Of a DNA stretch of 46,657 nt, positions 9,945 to 20,970 are shown in pieces (the first letter of the stretch is position 1; the number at the start of each line of letters is the position of its first letter). The position numbers and the translations under genes were made by a program. Below the pieces are notes generated by a model. The model saw nothing but the letters and a program-made list of their open reading frames with translations. It was not told the DNA's origin and ran no database searches. The stretch comes from Promethearchaeota archaeon Loki_b31 (GTDB lineage: Archaea; Asgardarchaeota; Lokiarchaeia; Sigyniarchaeales; SOKP01), in NCBI GenBank assembly GCA_005222975.1, contig NJBI01000027.1:1-46657 (forward strand). Reading direction: 5' to 3'.

Positions 9945-10886
9945 ATGGATTCTAATGTTGTAAAAAAATCTGAAATTAAATACGAAAAAGCTACAAATAT
10001 TCTTTGGAAAGTGTGGTGGTTTTGTTGGTATTTATTAATTGTTCCTTCAGGTATTACCGCATTAGGTTATTTTATATTTCTATTTATAAGCAATTATGAC
10101 ATATATATTTCGTTAGGATTTTCTGTCCTTACATTTATTTTTTCATTACTATTTTTTTATAAATTTTATGATAAATATAGAAATGATCCCGTATTCCTTA
10201 ATCAAACAAACAATCCTACCTCAAGGATTCATATTTTATTCTTAATAACGATCTTTTCTTCAATTGTAACCCCCATTTTCGTGTTTATTTCTCCTCCAGG
10301 TTACTCTTTTGAATTATTACCTTTAATTTCTTTTTGCGTTCTTTATTTTATAGTTTTTTACTATTACTATTTCAAACCTATAGACTTCTTTAACGCCTCT
10401 GAAGGCGAATTCAAGCGCTCAATTAGCTTTTCTTTAGCATCCAAACAGTTTTACAACATTATCGTAATCATAAATTTTATTATTCATATTTTATTTCTCT
10501 CTTTCCTATTTAATACAAAGATTTCATGGTTATTCGCAATCATAACAAATACTTTTTTTTATTTCATCACATTAGTATCTACTAAAAATATACGCAAAAT
10601 AATTAATGATTCAGTCAAAGAGAATAAAATATTTTTAAAAGAATTGATTATCTTTCATAAAAAATACTCAGTTTCAATTCTCAGCTTAATTTTCGTTCTG
10701 TTAATCCAAATACCTTTTGATATAATTGGAGTTTATAGTTTTAATGGGATAACACACACGCTTTTTGAATTAATAAATGCTTTCTTTTTATCCATAATGT
10801 TCTTTCTAATTTATTTGAAAATTAGAGTATATCTCGCTTTTTATTATAAAAAAATTCTTATGAGGTTACCCAAGAATGAAATCTGA
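9945..10886 (+). CDS. Hypothetical polytopic membrane protein (about 8 TM)
   Basis: 313 aa hydrophobic ORF overlapping the next gene by 11 nt. Confidence 0.75.
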   Translation: MDSNVVKKSEIKYEKATNILWKVWWFCWYLLIVPSGITALGYFIFLFISNYDIYISLGFSVLTFIFSLLFFYKFYDKYRNDPVFLNQTNNPTSRIHILFLITIFSSIVTPIFVFISPPGYSFELLPLISFCVLYFIVFYYYYFKPIDFFNASEGEFKRSISFSLASKQFYNIIVIINFIIHILFLSFLFNTKISWLFAIITNTFFYFITLVSTKNIRKIINDSVKENKIFLKELIIFHKKYSVSILSLIFVLLIQIPFDIIGVYSFNGITHTLFELINAFFLSIMFFLIYLKIRVYLAFYYKKILMRLPKNEI

Positions 10887-13800
10887 TAAAGTTGAGGATA
10901 GTTTGCCTGAAGAGTTCGGTAAATATCAGAAGTTAAATCTAATTTTGTCAATTTTAATTTTAGGGTTTATTATTTTATTCTCGTATCTCGTAAATTTTCC
11001 AATGCTAATCCTATTCTCGCTACTAATTTTAATCGTCATCTCGTATTACGAGCAGAAAGCAAACTTTTGTCCAAAGAAATACAGTAAATACATTTTTTTA
11101 ATTAACTCTACTGGGATTTTTGCGACAATTGTTTTTTGGTTTGTGCCTTTGCCATTAAATATTCAATTTATAATAATGATAATAGGATTATACTTAATCT
11201 TAGAAATTTTTGCGACAAGAGGTTATTTCGTTAAAGAGAATGTTTTGATTGCTCAACATGTTTTAGCTGTTTCTAGTTTTATTGCGATAATTTACTCTTT
11301 TTTCGATATTTTTTCTTTTATTTACATTGATTTTACAACAGATCCTATTCTAATAATTTTTTCAAAATTTTTACTACATACTTTAACGATTCTATCACTA
11401 ACTTTAGTCTCTTTTTATTACCTCTATGTGCGGCACTTTCGAAAACATCCATGGGATAATTTTAATAGATGCATGATGATATTAGTTTTATTATTAGAAT
11501 TAACATCGTACATCGTAATTAATCTTAGAAATTATATCTCATTAAACCTACTTTTATTTAGTAATGGTTTAATTTTGTCAACAATCTTATTTCCAGGTAT
11601 TTTTTTGATATTTACTTTCATAAATTATTTGATTGGCGTTTTCTCATCAAGAACAACTCTTTCTTACAGTTACTACTCATGTTGGGGTTTAATGCTGACT
11701 ATTGGTCTTTCAATTATGTTTATTTTTGTAAGTAATCTGACAATTGTAATTTCTATTTTATTATTTTTCTCAATCTCTTCATATTATCTATTGAAATTTG
11801 GGCAGAAAATCGAAAAAATAAGCGAAAGTTCAATAGTTAAGTTTACTCGTATTAATTCTTATTTTATTTTTATAGAGTTATTTTTCCTATTATTTTCTAT
11901 ATTTTTTGATTTGTTTTCATATTTTGCACTAAACGATAAAATTATTATTTCAGCATATGCGTCATTTATAGGAATAACCTTTCTAAATAACATAATTTTA
12001 AAGAAAAAATTAATCTCAGAATCGAACAGGGTTGTAATAAACGAGCTTTCTTTAATATTTACATCCGTTTTAATTTTTTATTATTCTTTTATTTATTTTT
12101 TCGGTTCCTTTCTCGTACTGGTTTTTCCTTTTTTAATTTCAAGTATTTCATTTTATTTACCTTTTAAATATATACTAACCAAAACAACCCATCAGCCCTT
12201 TATAAAAAGTTTAATAAAGTTAAATAGCATTGTATTATGTGCGTCATTTCTCCTTATTCCAACGGTATTTAGCTTGCAGTTGGTATTGTTAGGATACGAT
12301 TTCAATGCATTTAATGTCGTTAATTTTACATTATACATTTTTTATGGAATTTTAGTTTTTATTCAAAATTTATCAAGACAACTCAAAATTAGAGAAAATA
12401 GAAAAGAACTAATAGTTAAATTACAGATTATCATTGGATTTATCGTTACAGGTACCACCATGTTCTACTATCCATATGTCTTGTTTAAAGACACTTCGTA
12501 TTTAATAATTTTTCCATTGCTCTCTGCTTCAAGTTTCTTATTTATTCCTCTTATCTTTTCTTATAAAAAAGAGTGTTTTAATACCAAATTAGTTAAAAAG
12601 ATAATAATTCTGAATAGTATCCTATTTTGGAGCATAATTATTTTTATACCTTGTATGATCGGGTTAGAAATCGTTAGATTAGGGATGACCGCTGATCCTA
12701 TCTTAATTACTTTATTTTCCGTAATACTGTTTTTTATTTCTTTAAAATTTTTTGATCAGATTTCATCCTATATCGAATTGAAAGAAGGAATGATTAATAA
12801 TATTAAGATAATTCAACCAATTACTTGGTTATTCATCAGTATTCTAATTTCTTTAATCTTTTTCAATCTAAATTTAATCATAACAATTACTTGGTTAAGA
12901 AATGTTATTTTTGCCAGTGCGATTTTGTTATTTTTTATTTTTAACTCATATAATTTAGTTCTTTTAGAAGATTTAAAACAATCAGTCTTTGAAGACGAAA
13001 CAAGTAAGTTAGATTATTACAAGATTTACAAAATTTATGAATTTAATAAAAATATTATAATTTTCGGCGTAAACATTTCACTATCTCTTTTATTTATGTC
13101 AATCGTCCAAGTGATTAATTACAACCAATTTTTTATTGATAATGATCTTCAGTTATTAGGTTTTACCCTCGACATTGCCATATTTTTATTAATATTATTA
13201 CTCGCTCTTAATGTAAGTGATAAACTGATAAAAATTGACTTCGAAAGAGTTAAAGTTAGTTCTGAATTGATTATATGGATAATTCTAAAATCTATTATAT
13301 TATTTACTTTAGCCTTGTATCCTATTCAATTGTCGTTTTTCAATAAAATAGTACTATTAATTCTTGTCTTCGCCGTTTTAAGTCCCATTTCTCATTATTA
13401 TTTAGAAAGAAAATTTTTACTCTTAGAAAATACTCAGTTAGCAATAAGAAAAAGCATAAGGGGCTTGTTTTTCTTATCTACTATTTGTTTTTCCACTGAA
13501 ATTATTTGGAACATCTCTTCAATAATTTTAGTCCCATATTTTAATCAAGAGTTGCTCTTAATTCTTGTTTTCGGGAAAATATTTCTATTTTCAAATTATT
13601 ATCTTCTACAATATAATGTTTTTACAGAAAGAGAATCTGGGTTTCATATCTATAAACTATATGGAATTTCGTTAGTATTACTGATTTCATACTTATTCCC
13701 TATCTCAATAGTTTTCTTAATACCCTTTATGATAGTTTTATTACAAAGAAACAAAAATTCCTATTTTCGCTTGTTTTTCTATTTAATACTTAGTGTAGTA

Positions 13801-16800
13801 ACATTTATTGAAGCAACAGGGTTCTTGGTCATATATGAACATCTGCCTTCCCTTGAAGCATTGTCGATTAGTATGTCGTCTATTATATACTTAATATCTT
13901 TAATATCTGTATTTTTTACATCGATTATCTTGAATTTAAAAAGAGAAAATAACATTGAAAAATTCATACTTTATTTTTTAATATCTTTACTTTCGTTTAT
14001 TTTGTTAGCACCCTATATATATCTAATATATAACACGACTACCTCATTATTCATTTTCTTGTGTTTAATGGGTATTTTCTATTATCGGAAAGAGGAGAAG
14101 CGATATAAATGGTTTATTAAACCTTGTGTCCTGCTTGCGATTTTTGATTTTATTAGTTTTCTATCTTTTTCATTCTTTTTTAATGATACTATATTTGCAC
14201 CCTATAATCCGATACTAAGTTTTACATTAACTTTAAGCGTGTCTGGATTTGCGTTTGTATTTCTTTACAACGATTCACCAAGATTGTTTCGAAAGAGATC
14301 CTTTTATGCCGTTTTAGCTTCAAATATAATTTCTTTTCCCGTATTTCTTTACTTCTTCTTGATTTCAGTATACTCGCTTCCGTTATTCGATCTAATTATA
14401 TTAATTATAAGTATTAATGTAGGAGTTGTTCTTTTTTATCTTTCAATAGCAATTTATCAGTGGAAATTGTCATGGGCTATATGGAAAGTTGGTTATAGAA
14501 TGTGGATAATCTTTCCTATTATAAATTATGCATTGATAAGCGAAGCATTTACAGGTATAGATGTATTCACAAACGCTTTAAATTTATTTGGTGTAAATTT
14601 ATATGGTTCAAATCTTTTAGCTTTGATTCTATGCGTTATTATATCCTTACCGTTCTGGTATTCATGGATTAAGAAGCATTTCACTAATGTTTTATTTATT
14701 TCATGGGGCCTATGTCTATTTTTAATCTATTGGTTTAGCCAAAATGCCTTTTTCGGAAACCCTGGTTTGAGCTATTTATCTTTTATTGGAATCTCAGTTA
14801 TAATACTTATGCCAATTCTAGTAAGGTTAAGATCGTGGAATATTGTATCTATCTTATGGATAATATTCTCAACAATCCTGTTAATATTTCTATTTTCTCT
14901 ATTTGAAGCGGTAGGATTTCTAATTGAGTTAAATTACCCTATAATTACAATAGTATGTGGGCTACTTTTTATTACACTCTCGTTTTTCCCTAATTTAAAA
15001 GCTCAGAAGAATGTTATATTAATACTGGCCTACTCTATTGCATTAACGGGGATTTTCTTATTAATATTTCATCTTATATTTTTGTTAACTTTGGATCCAT
15101 ATATTTCTACAAATATAGCGTTAATAATTATGTCCTTTAGCTTATTTTCGTCAAGACTTCTAAAATTAAAACACACAATCTTTAATCGTTTAATTTCTAC
15201 AATTTTAATAGTTAATTTCTCTTCGCTAACATACTTTACTTTTAGTTTAGTTCCAGATTTTGGATTATTTCCATTATTTTTAGCGGTATCAGTCTTCGGT
15301 GGGTCGTACTTCGTATTTAATTACTATAAATTATTCTTTCCATCGAAAAAAATTATTCCATTAAGTATTCTATCTTTTGGAATTTCTTCTTCATTTTCTT
15401 CTTTTATATTTTTGTTATTCCCTGATTTACTTTTTATAGTTGCTGCAGTTTTTATTACTATAAATTTATTTTTAATTAATTTTTCATTAGGGAATTATCG
15501 ATTTATAATGTGGTATTTAATCCCTATTCCCTTCACACTTTTTATATTACAGTTTTTATTTTATATTGAACTTTTCCAACCTCTTTTTCTGTTTACTTTA
15601 GCAGGATTAATATTATACACTCTTATCTTCCAAATCTTTATAAATCTCTTCAATAGCGAAATTGAAATTCCAATCGATTCAAAATCCTATAATATTATGA
15701 AATTTTTTGAGGATAAAAATCAAATTAAAGTTCTAAATTTAATATGCTTTTTATTAAATTCAACTTACTTTTCAGTTTTTATTACATTTATTAGCCCATT
15801 TAACATCTTCTATCAAATTCTCGAATTTTTGATATTGTGGTCTATTTTGACATTACTCAGTATACGATACGCTGAATCTTCGAAAATAGAAATTGATATC
15901 GAAAAATTTACCATGTATTTAAAGAAATTCAGTTCAGTAGTAGCATTTCTATTATATATTGAAATTTCTTTTTTTGTTTTTGGAATAGCTCTTGATTATT
16001 TAGGGTTGGGGTTGATTGAGAATGTTTTATTATCACTTAGCTGTTTATTTATCCTGACATTTTTCGATTTCTATTTTATAAAGAAGGTTAGTAAAAAGAT
16101 AATCTATCCAATTCATATTTTTACGTATATTTTAATATCTATCTTTACATTTATTCTATTAAATCAATTCTTAACGATTGGTTTAGAAAGTCTCTTTTTG
16201 AGCCTTTCAATTCTGTTAATCATGCAATTCTATACTGAATACGCCATTTTTACATATTTAAATCTATTAGGTCGATATGACGCAAGTAAATTAAATGAAT
16301 CCATGATTCAGATTAGAAATGTCCTAATTAATTTAGTTATATTTACTATAGGCTTTTACACATCTTCCTTAATAACTTCTTTACTAATAAGTTCAAATAA
16401 GATTTTTATAGGATTTCCGGCGTTATTTTTCTTTTTAATGATTCTTTCCTTCATTATGTTTGTTATAAACCTTCTAATAAAGTTTAAATTCAGACAATTA
16501 ATTTTGTGGGGATCCTTTTTAACATTTCAAGTTTGCTTTACAGCTTTTTACGGCTTATCAATTTTACTTTTTACGAATTTCAATATATTTAATTCTATGT
16601 TTTTAGTTTTAGTTAATACACTCTTAGCTTTTTATTCTGTTTTCTCAATCAAAAGAATTTTTAAAGATAAAGTGAATGCTAAAACCATCCAAAATTCTTA
16701 TTCTATTCTAATGGTATTATCGTACTTAGAAACATCTATTTTATTTTATGGATTGTTTAATCTTTCATTTGGATTAATTGAAAGTTTCTTAGCATCCCAA

Positions 16801-18480
16801 ATCGTCCTATTTTTTATTAGTATAGTAGAGATTAATATAGTAAAAAAAATTAAAAGTAAGTACATGTTCATTGTTCATACAATTAGCTATTTCAACATTT
16901 CATGGTCTGTATTTTCGCTAATATTCTTTTTATCCCCCGCAAATTTGGCTTTAATAAGTCTTGCCACCTTGGTTTTTGCTTTAATGCAATTCTATACGAA
17001 TTATTCTTATTACAATACTATGCGTAATTTTAACAGAGATAATGAAGAATCGTTATTAAAGTGGAAAACACATCGAAAGAATTTCATAGGAGGGTTATTT
17101 TATATTGTATTATCAAATTATATTTTTCAGACTTTATATTTAACCAACATTGAGCTTCTATTAATTTTTTTTTTATCAAGCATATTAATTCACGTCTTAA
17201 TGATTTTCGACAGGTTTATCCTTAAATTCCTTGGTAAATATTCAGTCTATTTAATGACAGTTTCGTGGGCATTTATTTTTGGATTTTCATTTATATATTT
17301 TCTAGGTTGGATTCCTCAATACTCAATTTCTATCGTTCCAATTATTATTATTATACTTTTGTTAGAGTTAGTTTACGGTTATGCTTTAAACCTATTCGAT
17401 TTTTGGGGTCTAATTAAAGAAAACAAATTAAAATTTCGAAACTTTCTTATAATTGTTTCGTATATCAATTTCTGCTCTTGGCCACTGTACTATTTAACAT
17501 TGGATATATTAAATATTACTACGATGATTTTAATCGTATTTGGAATTTTACTATTTTTAACGCTACTTGATAATGATAGCAATCTAAATTCTATTAATCA
17601 AAAAACTAGAAAGCAGGTTAATCATTTCAGCTTGATTGGTTTTGGTGTATTTGCCTCATTTAATGTGTATTTTGCATTAGATGTAATGGCTCAAACATCA
17701 TTTTTATTAAATATTTCAACTTCCATATTAGTTTTTATGGTATTTGTAGGCTTCTTAGTCAAACCCTTTAAAAAACGGAAACTCCTCTCTTTTGCTTATT
17801 GGGCGTCAATGGTAACTTTAATAAGTACCATTTTTTACACCTTTTATACATCTGGTTGGAGCTGGTCACTTTTAATTGTAGGTGTTTTATTATACCCCTT
17901 TATTTTCATGTTAGAGGAGTTAAAAGAATTCTTCGATAAAATAGTTGATAATTTGAGCGCTTTATATCAAATTGTTAAGAACGCCATTAATTCTTTAGTT
18001 CAGGGAGTAATTAAATTCTTAAGAGTTAATTTTAAAGTGATCCGTATTATTTTGTGTTTATCATTAGGAATATTTACGGGAATTCTTTTTTCAGATTTAG
18101 TATGGCAGCGTTTAAACCCATTCCATTCAATTTTATTAGCTTTAGCTATTTTTGGTTTATCTTATGGAATTATACCCAGTCAGAAATCTGAAGACCTCGA
18201 CGAAATTTTTAGGGAGAAAATGAAGAAATTTATTATTCTTTGGATAAGCGTAACGGCTTTTATTTTGGTTCTTATAATACCTTTTATGGAACCTCTTTTT
18301 ACACTTTTCCTTGTAATATTATCAATTTTAGGGCTTGGAGCTATTCTTTTATTATTTATATACCGTTTAGAAGAAAGAGAGAGAGTTTCAATAAAATGGA
18401 GATTTTACACCTTAATATTTTTCTTTATTTTACTTGGTATTGAAATTTTAATAGTAGTTCTATTGTATGTTTTTGAGTGA
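10876..18480 (+). CDS. Giant polytopic membrane protein (2534 aa) with internal ~128-aa multi-TM repeats
   Basis: 7.6-kb uninterrupted ORF, almost entirely hydrophobic helices with short basic loops; internal repeats visible. Confidence 0.85.
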   Translation: MKSDKVEDSLPEEFGKYQKLNLILSILILGFIILFSYLVNFPMLILFSLLILIVISYYEQKANFCPKKYSKYIFLINSTGIFATIVFWFVPLPLNIQFIIMIIGLYLILEIFATRGYFVKENVLIAQHVLAVSSFIAIIYSFFDIFSFIYIDFTTDPILIIFSKFLLHTLTILSLTLVSFYYLYVRHFRKHPWDNFNRCMMILVLLLELTSYIVINLRNYISLNLLLFSNGLILSTILFPGIFLIFTFINYLIGVFSSRTTLSYSYYSCWGLMLTIGLSIMFIFVSNLTIVISILLFFSISSYYLLKFGQKIEKISESSIVKFTRINSYFIFIELFFLLFSIFFDLFSYFALNDKIIISAYASFIGITFLNNIILKKKLISESNRVVINELSLIFTSVLIFYYSFIYFFGSFLVLVFPFLISSISFYLPFKYILTKTTHQPFIKSLIKLNSIVLCASFLLIPTVFSLQLVLLGYDFNAFNVVNFTLYIFYGILVFIQNLSRQLKIRENRKELIVKLQIIIGFIVTGTTMFYYPYVLFKDTSYLIIFPLLSASSFLFIPLIFSYKKECFNTKLVKKIIILNSILFWSIIIFIPCMIGLEIVRLGMTADPILITLFSVILFFISLKFFDQISSYIELKEGMINNIKIIQPITWLFISILISLIFFNLNLIITITWLRNVIFASAILLFFIFNSYNLVLLEDLKQSVFEDETSKLDYYKIYKIYEFNKNIIIFGVNISLSLLFMSIVQVINYNQFFIDNDLQLLGFTLDIAIFLLILLLALNVSDKLIKIDFERVKVSSELIIWIILKSIILFTLALYPIQLSFFNKIVLLILVFAVLSPISHYYLERKFLLLENTQLAIRKSIRGLFFLSTICFSTEIIWNISSIILVPYFNQELLLILVFGKIFLFSNYYLLQYNVFTERESGFHIYKLYGISLVLLISYLFPISIVFLIPFMIVLLQRNKNSYFRLFFYLILSVVTFIEATGFLVIYEHLPSLEALSISMSSIIYLISLISVFFTSIILNLKRENNIEKFILYFLISLLSFILLAPYIYLIYNTTTSLFIFLCLMGIFYYRKEEKRYKWFIKPCVLLAIFDFISFLSFSFFFNDTIFAPYNPILSFTLTLSVSGFAFVFLYNDSPRLFRKRSFYAVLASNIISFPVFLYFFLISVYSLPLFDLIILIISINVGVVLFYLSIAIYQWKLSWAIWKVGYRMWIIFPIINYALISEAFTGIDVFTNALNLFGVNLYGSNLLALILCVIISLPFWYSWIKKHFTNVLFISWGLCLFLIYWFSQNAFFGNPGLSYLSFIGISVIILMPILVRLRSWNIVSILWIIFSTILLIFLFSLFEAVGFLIELNYPIITIVCGLLFITLSFFPNLKAQKNVILILAYSIALTGIFLLIFHLIFLLTLDPYISTNIALIIMSFSLFSSRLLKLKHTIFNRLISTILIVNFSSLTYFTFSLVPDFGLFPLFLAVSVFGGSYFVFNYYKLFFPSKKIIPLSILSFGISSSFSSFIFLLFPDLLFIVAAVFITINLFLINFSLGNYRFIMWYLIPIPFTLFILQFLFYIELFQPLFLFTLAGLILYTLIFQIFINLFNSEIEIPIDSKSYNIMKFFEDKNQIKVLNLICFLLNSTYFSVFITFISPFNIFYQILEFLILWSILTLLSIRYAESSKIEIDIEKFTMYLKKFSSVVAFLLYIEISFFVFGIALDYLGLGLIENVLLSLSCLFILTFFDFYFIKKVSKKIIYPIHIFTYILISIFTFILLNQFLTIGLESLFLSLSILLIMQFYTEYAIFTYLNLLGRYDASKLNESMIQIRNVLINLVIFTIGFYTSSLITSLLISSNKIFIGFPALFFFLMILSFIMFVINLLIKFKFRQLILWGSFLTFQVCFTAFYGLSILLFTNFNIFNSMFLVLVNTLLAFYSVFSIKRIFKDKVNAKTIQNSYSILMVLSYLETSILFYGLFNLSFGLIESFLASQIVLFFISIVEINIVKKIKSKYMFIVHTISYFNISWSVFSLIFFLSPANLALISLATLVFALMQFYTNYSYYNTMRNFNRDNEESLLKWKTHRKNFIGGLFYIVLSNYIFQTLYLTNIELLLIFFLSSILIHVLMIFDRFILKFLGKYSVYLMTVSWAFIFGFSFIYFLGWIPQYSISIVPIIIIILLLELVYGYALNLFDFWGLIKENKLKFRNFLIIVSYINFCSWPLYYLTLDILNITTMILIVFGILLFLTLLDNDSNLNSINQKTRKQVNHFSLIGFGVFASFNVYFALDVMAQTSFLLNISTSILVFMVFVGFLVKPFKKRKLLSFAYWASMVTLISTIFYTFYTSGWSWSLLIVGVLLYPFIFMLEELKEFFDKIVDNLSALYQIVKNAINSLVQGVIKFLRVNFKVIRIILCLSLGIFTGILFSDLVWQRLNPFHSILLALAIFGLSYGIIPSQKSEDLDEIFREKMKKFIILWISVTAFILVLIIPFMEPLFTLFLVILSILGLGAILLLFIYRLEERERVSIKWRFYTLIFFFILLGIEILIVVLLYVFE

Positions 18481-18522
18481 TTTGCAATTTTAAATATAAC
18501 TAATTAAAGTTAACCGAAAAAT

Positions 18523-18687
18523 TTAGTTAAGATTCTTCTCTTTCCATTCCTGTAAAAACTTTTTGTAGTCGTTTATCGGAATTCCTATCGAATTTATTTT
18601 TTCTCGATTACGCTTAACTCTTTCCTTTGAAGACTGGTTTTTACGGAAACTTAGTTCCCAATCAAAATAAGAACTTGATTTTGACAT
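18523..18687 (-). CDS. Small hypothetical protein (54 aa), not in the ORF track
   Basis: MSKSSSYFDWELSFRKNQSSKERVKRNREKINSIGIPINDYKKFLQEWKEKNLN*; coding-like composition in an otherwise AT-rich spacer. Confidence 0.45.
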   Translation of the reverse strand: MSKSSSYFDWELSFRKNQSSKERVKRNREKINSIGIPINDYKKFLQEWKEKNLN

Positions 18688-19262
18688 GATAAAAGGATTT
18701 TATATTTTTACTTATTTGTAAATTGTATAAAAAAAAGTATTTAAACCTCTTTAGATTTTTAATGAATTTCGTACTAAAAGAACATAAATATATAAAAAAG
18801 CAAAAATTAAGGATGAGAAATAAAAAAGCGTTAGATAATAAGTTAAATTATATTAGGAAAGGTTTCTATTCTTCCATTTTCTCAAATAATTTTCAAAGTC
18901 ATCGTCAGCAATTCCAATTGAATTTAATCTATTTTTTTTTGTAAGCGTAATTTTTGAAGTGCTATCTGTGTTATTACCTTTAAAACTTAACGACCAATCA
19001 TAGTAAGAAACTACTTTTGATGACATAATTTAATTTTAACATTAAACAAAAATAAAGCAATACTGAGTGCAAATTTACTAAAAAGGTGATTTTAAAATTG
19101 TATTAGAAAGCGTGTACTATAATCTACTAATTAAAAAATTCATGCAAAAAAGTACAAAAATCTCAATTATTAAAATTTATAAATTTTAAGATTAATTTAA
19201 TTAAATATTAGTAAATATTTTAGTGAAAATAATGGAAGAAAATAGAGAAAATAAAACCTTAA

Positions 19263-19775
19263 ATGTTAAAGATTGGATTATCCTTAACAACCATGATTGC
19301 TGCTGTTTTAACAATTTTAGCTTTAGTATGGCAAGTACGACCTTCAAGTGGTATTGTTTCTGCAACATTCTTGTTAATGCTTTCATTTATTTTTTTTGTA
19401 AATTCGGTATCAACTAACTCAAAAGTACACTATGAAGCAAGAGCAGGGAATATGCCAGAAGAACAAATTAATAGGTTTGTGACATTTGCGGAGTATTCGT
19501 TCGGTTTCGGATTTACTTTAGTTATAACAGCATTTTCTATACTTGGTTATAAATACTTATTAGATTTCGTAGGACGAGAATTATACGTCTTATTCTTGCC
19601 AATAGTTTTCCTATTAACAGCGTGGGTAATAATTTTCATTTATAATTGCATAAATTATTCAGGAAAAGTATTGAAAGGCTTAAGAAGTTTAAAGCGCAAT
19701 CTTTGGACATTATTAGAGATAGTATGTTTGTTATTAATAATATTTGACTATTTCGAGATAATTTTAATTCCTTAA
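19263..19775 (+). CDS. Hypothetical membrane protein (about 5 TM)
   Basis: 170 aa hydrophobic ORF followed by a T-tract. Confidence 0.7.
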   Translation: MLKIGLSLTTMIAAVLTILALVWQVRPSSGIVSATFLLMLSFIFFVNSVSTNSKVHYEARAGNMPEEQINRFVTFAEYSFGFGFTLVITAFSILGYKYLLDFVGRELYVLFLPIVFLLTAWVIIFIYNCINYSGKVLKGLRSLKRNLWTLLEIVCLLLIIFDYFEIILIP

Positions 19776-19778
19776 CTC

Positions 19779-19789
19779 TTTTTTTTTTT
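19779..19789 (+). terminator. Archaeal oligo-T terminator candidate
   Basis: Run of 11 T just after the stop at 19775, between convergent genes. Confidence 0.5.
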
Positions 19790-19813
19790 ATTTCAGAAAC
19801 TAATCTTATTTAA

Positions 19814-20824
19814 TTATTCAACTATACTGTAATATATTCCAGGTCTACCTACACCCTCACTTTTAATGTGTTCTTTAATAACTCCTTCTCTCACTAAAAA
19901 ATTTAAGATCTCTTTTAATTTGGTTCCTCCAATACCAGAAGATTTACTCAGATCTCTGGTTTTTATCACGTTTCTTTCATCAATTACGCCTAAAACTTCT
20001 TTAAATGATCTTGGGTAGCCTATTTTAATTCTTTTTTCTACAGTTTTAATTTCTAACATCTTCTTTGCTTGTTTTGCGAATGGACCGCGAAACCCATCAA
20101 CTTGAAAAACATCATCTTCTTTGAAAATTACGGAATTTAGGTAATCTTCATCAATAAGTATATGCCCCATATTAACAATTTCGTCATTAAACCTAATCAG
20201 TGCACAAGTCTTTTCTTTTGTTTGAATTATCTCAGTTCCGGTTCTTTTTAGTGTATTGGTAACTTCTTCAAGATAGCTTGAATATTTCTCAAAATCTAAA
20301 TCCGAGAAATATAACCTTATCTGAACGCCCCTCATAAATGCTTGATATAATGCGGGTTCCAATCTTTTTAAAAGAGAAATCGGCAAGGAGCTCATAATTA
20401 TCTCGTTAAGCGTGTTTTCTATTAGTATATAATAATTCTCAAAAGCTAAACTAAGATTGGAATAATAATAAAAACTTATGTCTCGAACACATCTTCCCAT
20501 TACACTTTCTTGAATTTTTAATTCTTCATCTAACTTATTAATTTTTTCTTGAAATGCGTTAAATTTTTTATTGATTAATTCTGTTAAAGCAATTTTAGGA
20601 CTGATCTTAAGGTAAACTCGAGGATTTGAATCTGATGATTCGATTAAACCTATTTCTTCCAAAATCATTAAATTATGGTGTACTTGTGTATAAGAATAAT
20701 TTAACTCCCTTTTTATATTGTTTATAGTTCCAAATTTATGAGTTAATAGATAATTGTATATTTTTATTTGAATATCGGTTAATCCAATTTCATTTAAAAA
20801 CCTATTAATTGTGCTTGTGATCAT
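19814..20824 (-). CDS. TrmB-family transcriptional regulator with an additional C-terminal HTH
   Basis: 'IGLT..QIKIY..LL..', 'LEEIGLIE....PRVY...SP..AL', effector domain 'A..RGV.IRLY', C-terminal wHTH ending GVGRP..YY. Confidence 0.8.
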   Translation of the reverse strand: MITSTINRFLNEIGLTDIQIKIYNYLLTHKFGTINNIKRELNYSYTQVHHNLMILEEIGLIESSDSNPRVYLKISPKIALTELINKKFNAFQEKINKLDEELKIQESVMGRCVRDISFYYYSNLSLAFENYYILIENTLNEIIMSSLPISLLKRLEPALYQAFMRGVQIRLYFSDLDFEKYSSYLEEVTNTLKRTGTEIIQTKEKTCALIRFNDEIVNMGHILIDEDYLNSVIFKEDDVFQVDGFRGPFAKQAKKMLEIKTVEKRIKIGYPRSFKEVLGVIDERNVIKTRDLSKSSGIGGTKLKEILNFLVREGVIKEHIKSEGVGRPGIYYSIVE

Positions 20825-20862
20825 AATTATGAAAACAAAAAATAAGGTTATTTCCTTGTATT

Positions 20863-20928
20863 ATTAATTTGTGACATATGCTTAAATAATTTTTGTATAA
20901 TAAATAGGTTAATATTGTCACAATTAAT
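20863..20928. promoter_or_regulatory. Inverted-repeat operator candidate in the divergent trmB / microprotein-gyrI promoter
   Basis: ATTAATTTGTGACATAT (20863-20879) and ATATTGTCACAATTAAT (20912-20928) are near reverse complements, core TTGTGACA/TGTCACAA. Confidence 0.45.
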
Positions 20929-20970
20929 TTAATACCATAATAACCTAAAAAAAAATTAAGTGATAATAAA

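Noticed and set aside
10854-10886. Possible 16-nt BHB intron fusing the 313-aa and 2534-aa membrane ORFs (TCTT AT^G AGGTTACCC AAGA AT^G would join the frames)
   Set aside because: The flanking helices do not pair, the bulges end in G, and the simpler ATTCTT/AAGAAT hairpin plus 11-nt start/stop overlap is ordinary translational coupling.
10876-18480. Piezo homolog because of similar length and repeated TM units
   Set aside because: No large extracellular cap domain or recognisable Piezo pore motif; only an architectural analogy.
18723-19417. ORFs 18723-18944, 19201-19386 and 19223-19417
   Set aside because: Low-complexity AT-rich translations or overlaps with 19263-19775; no coding evidence.
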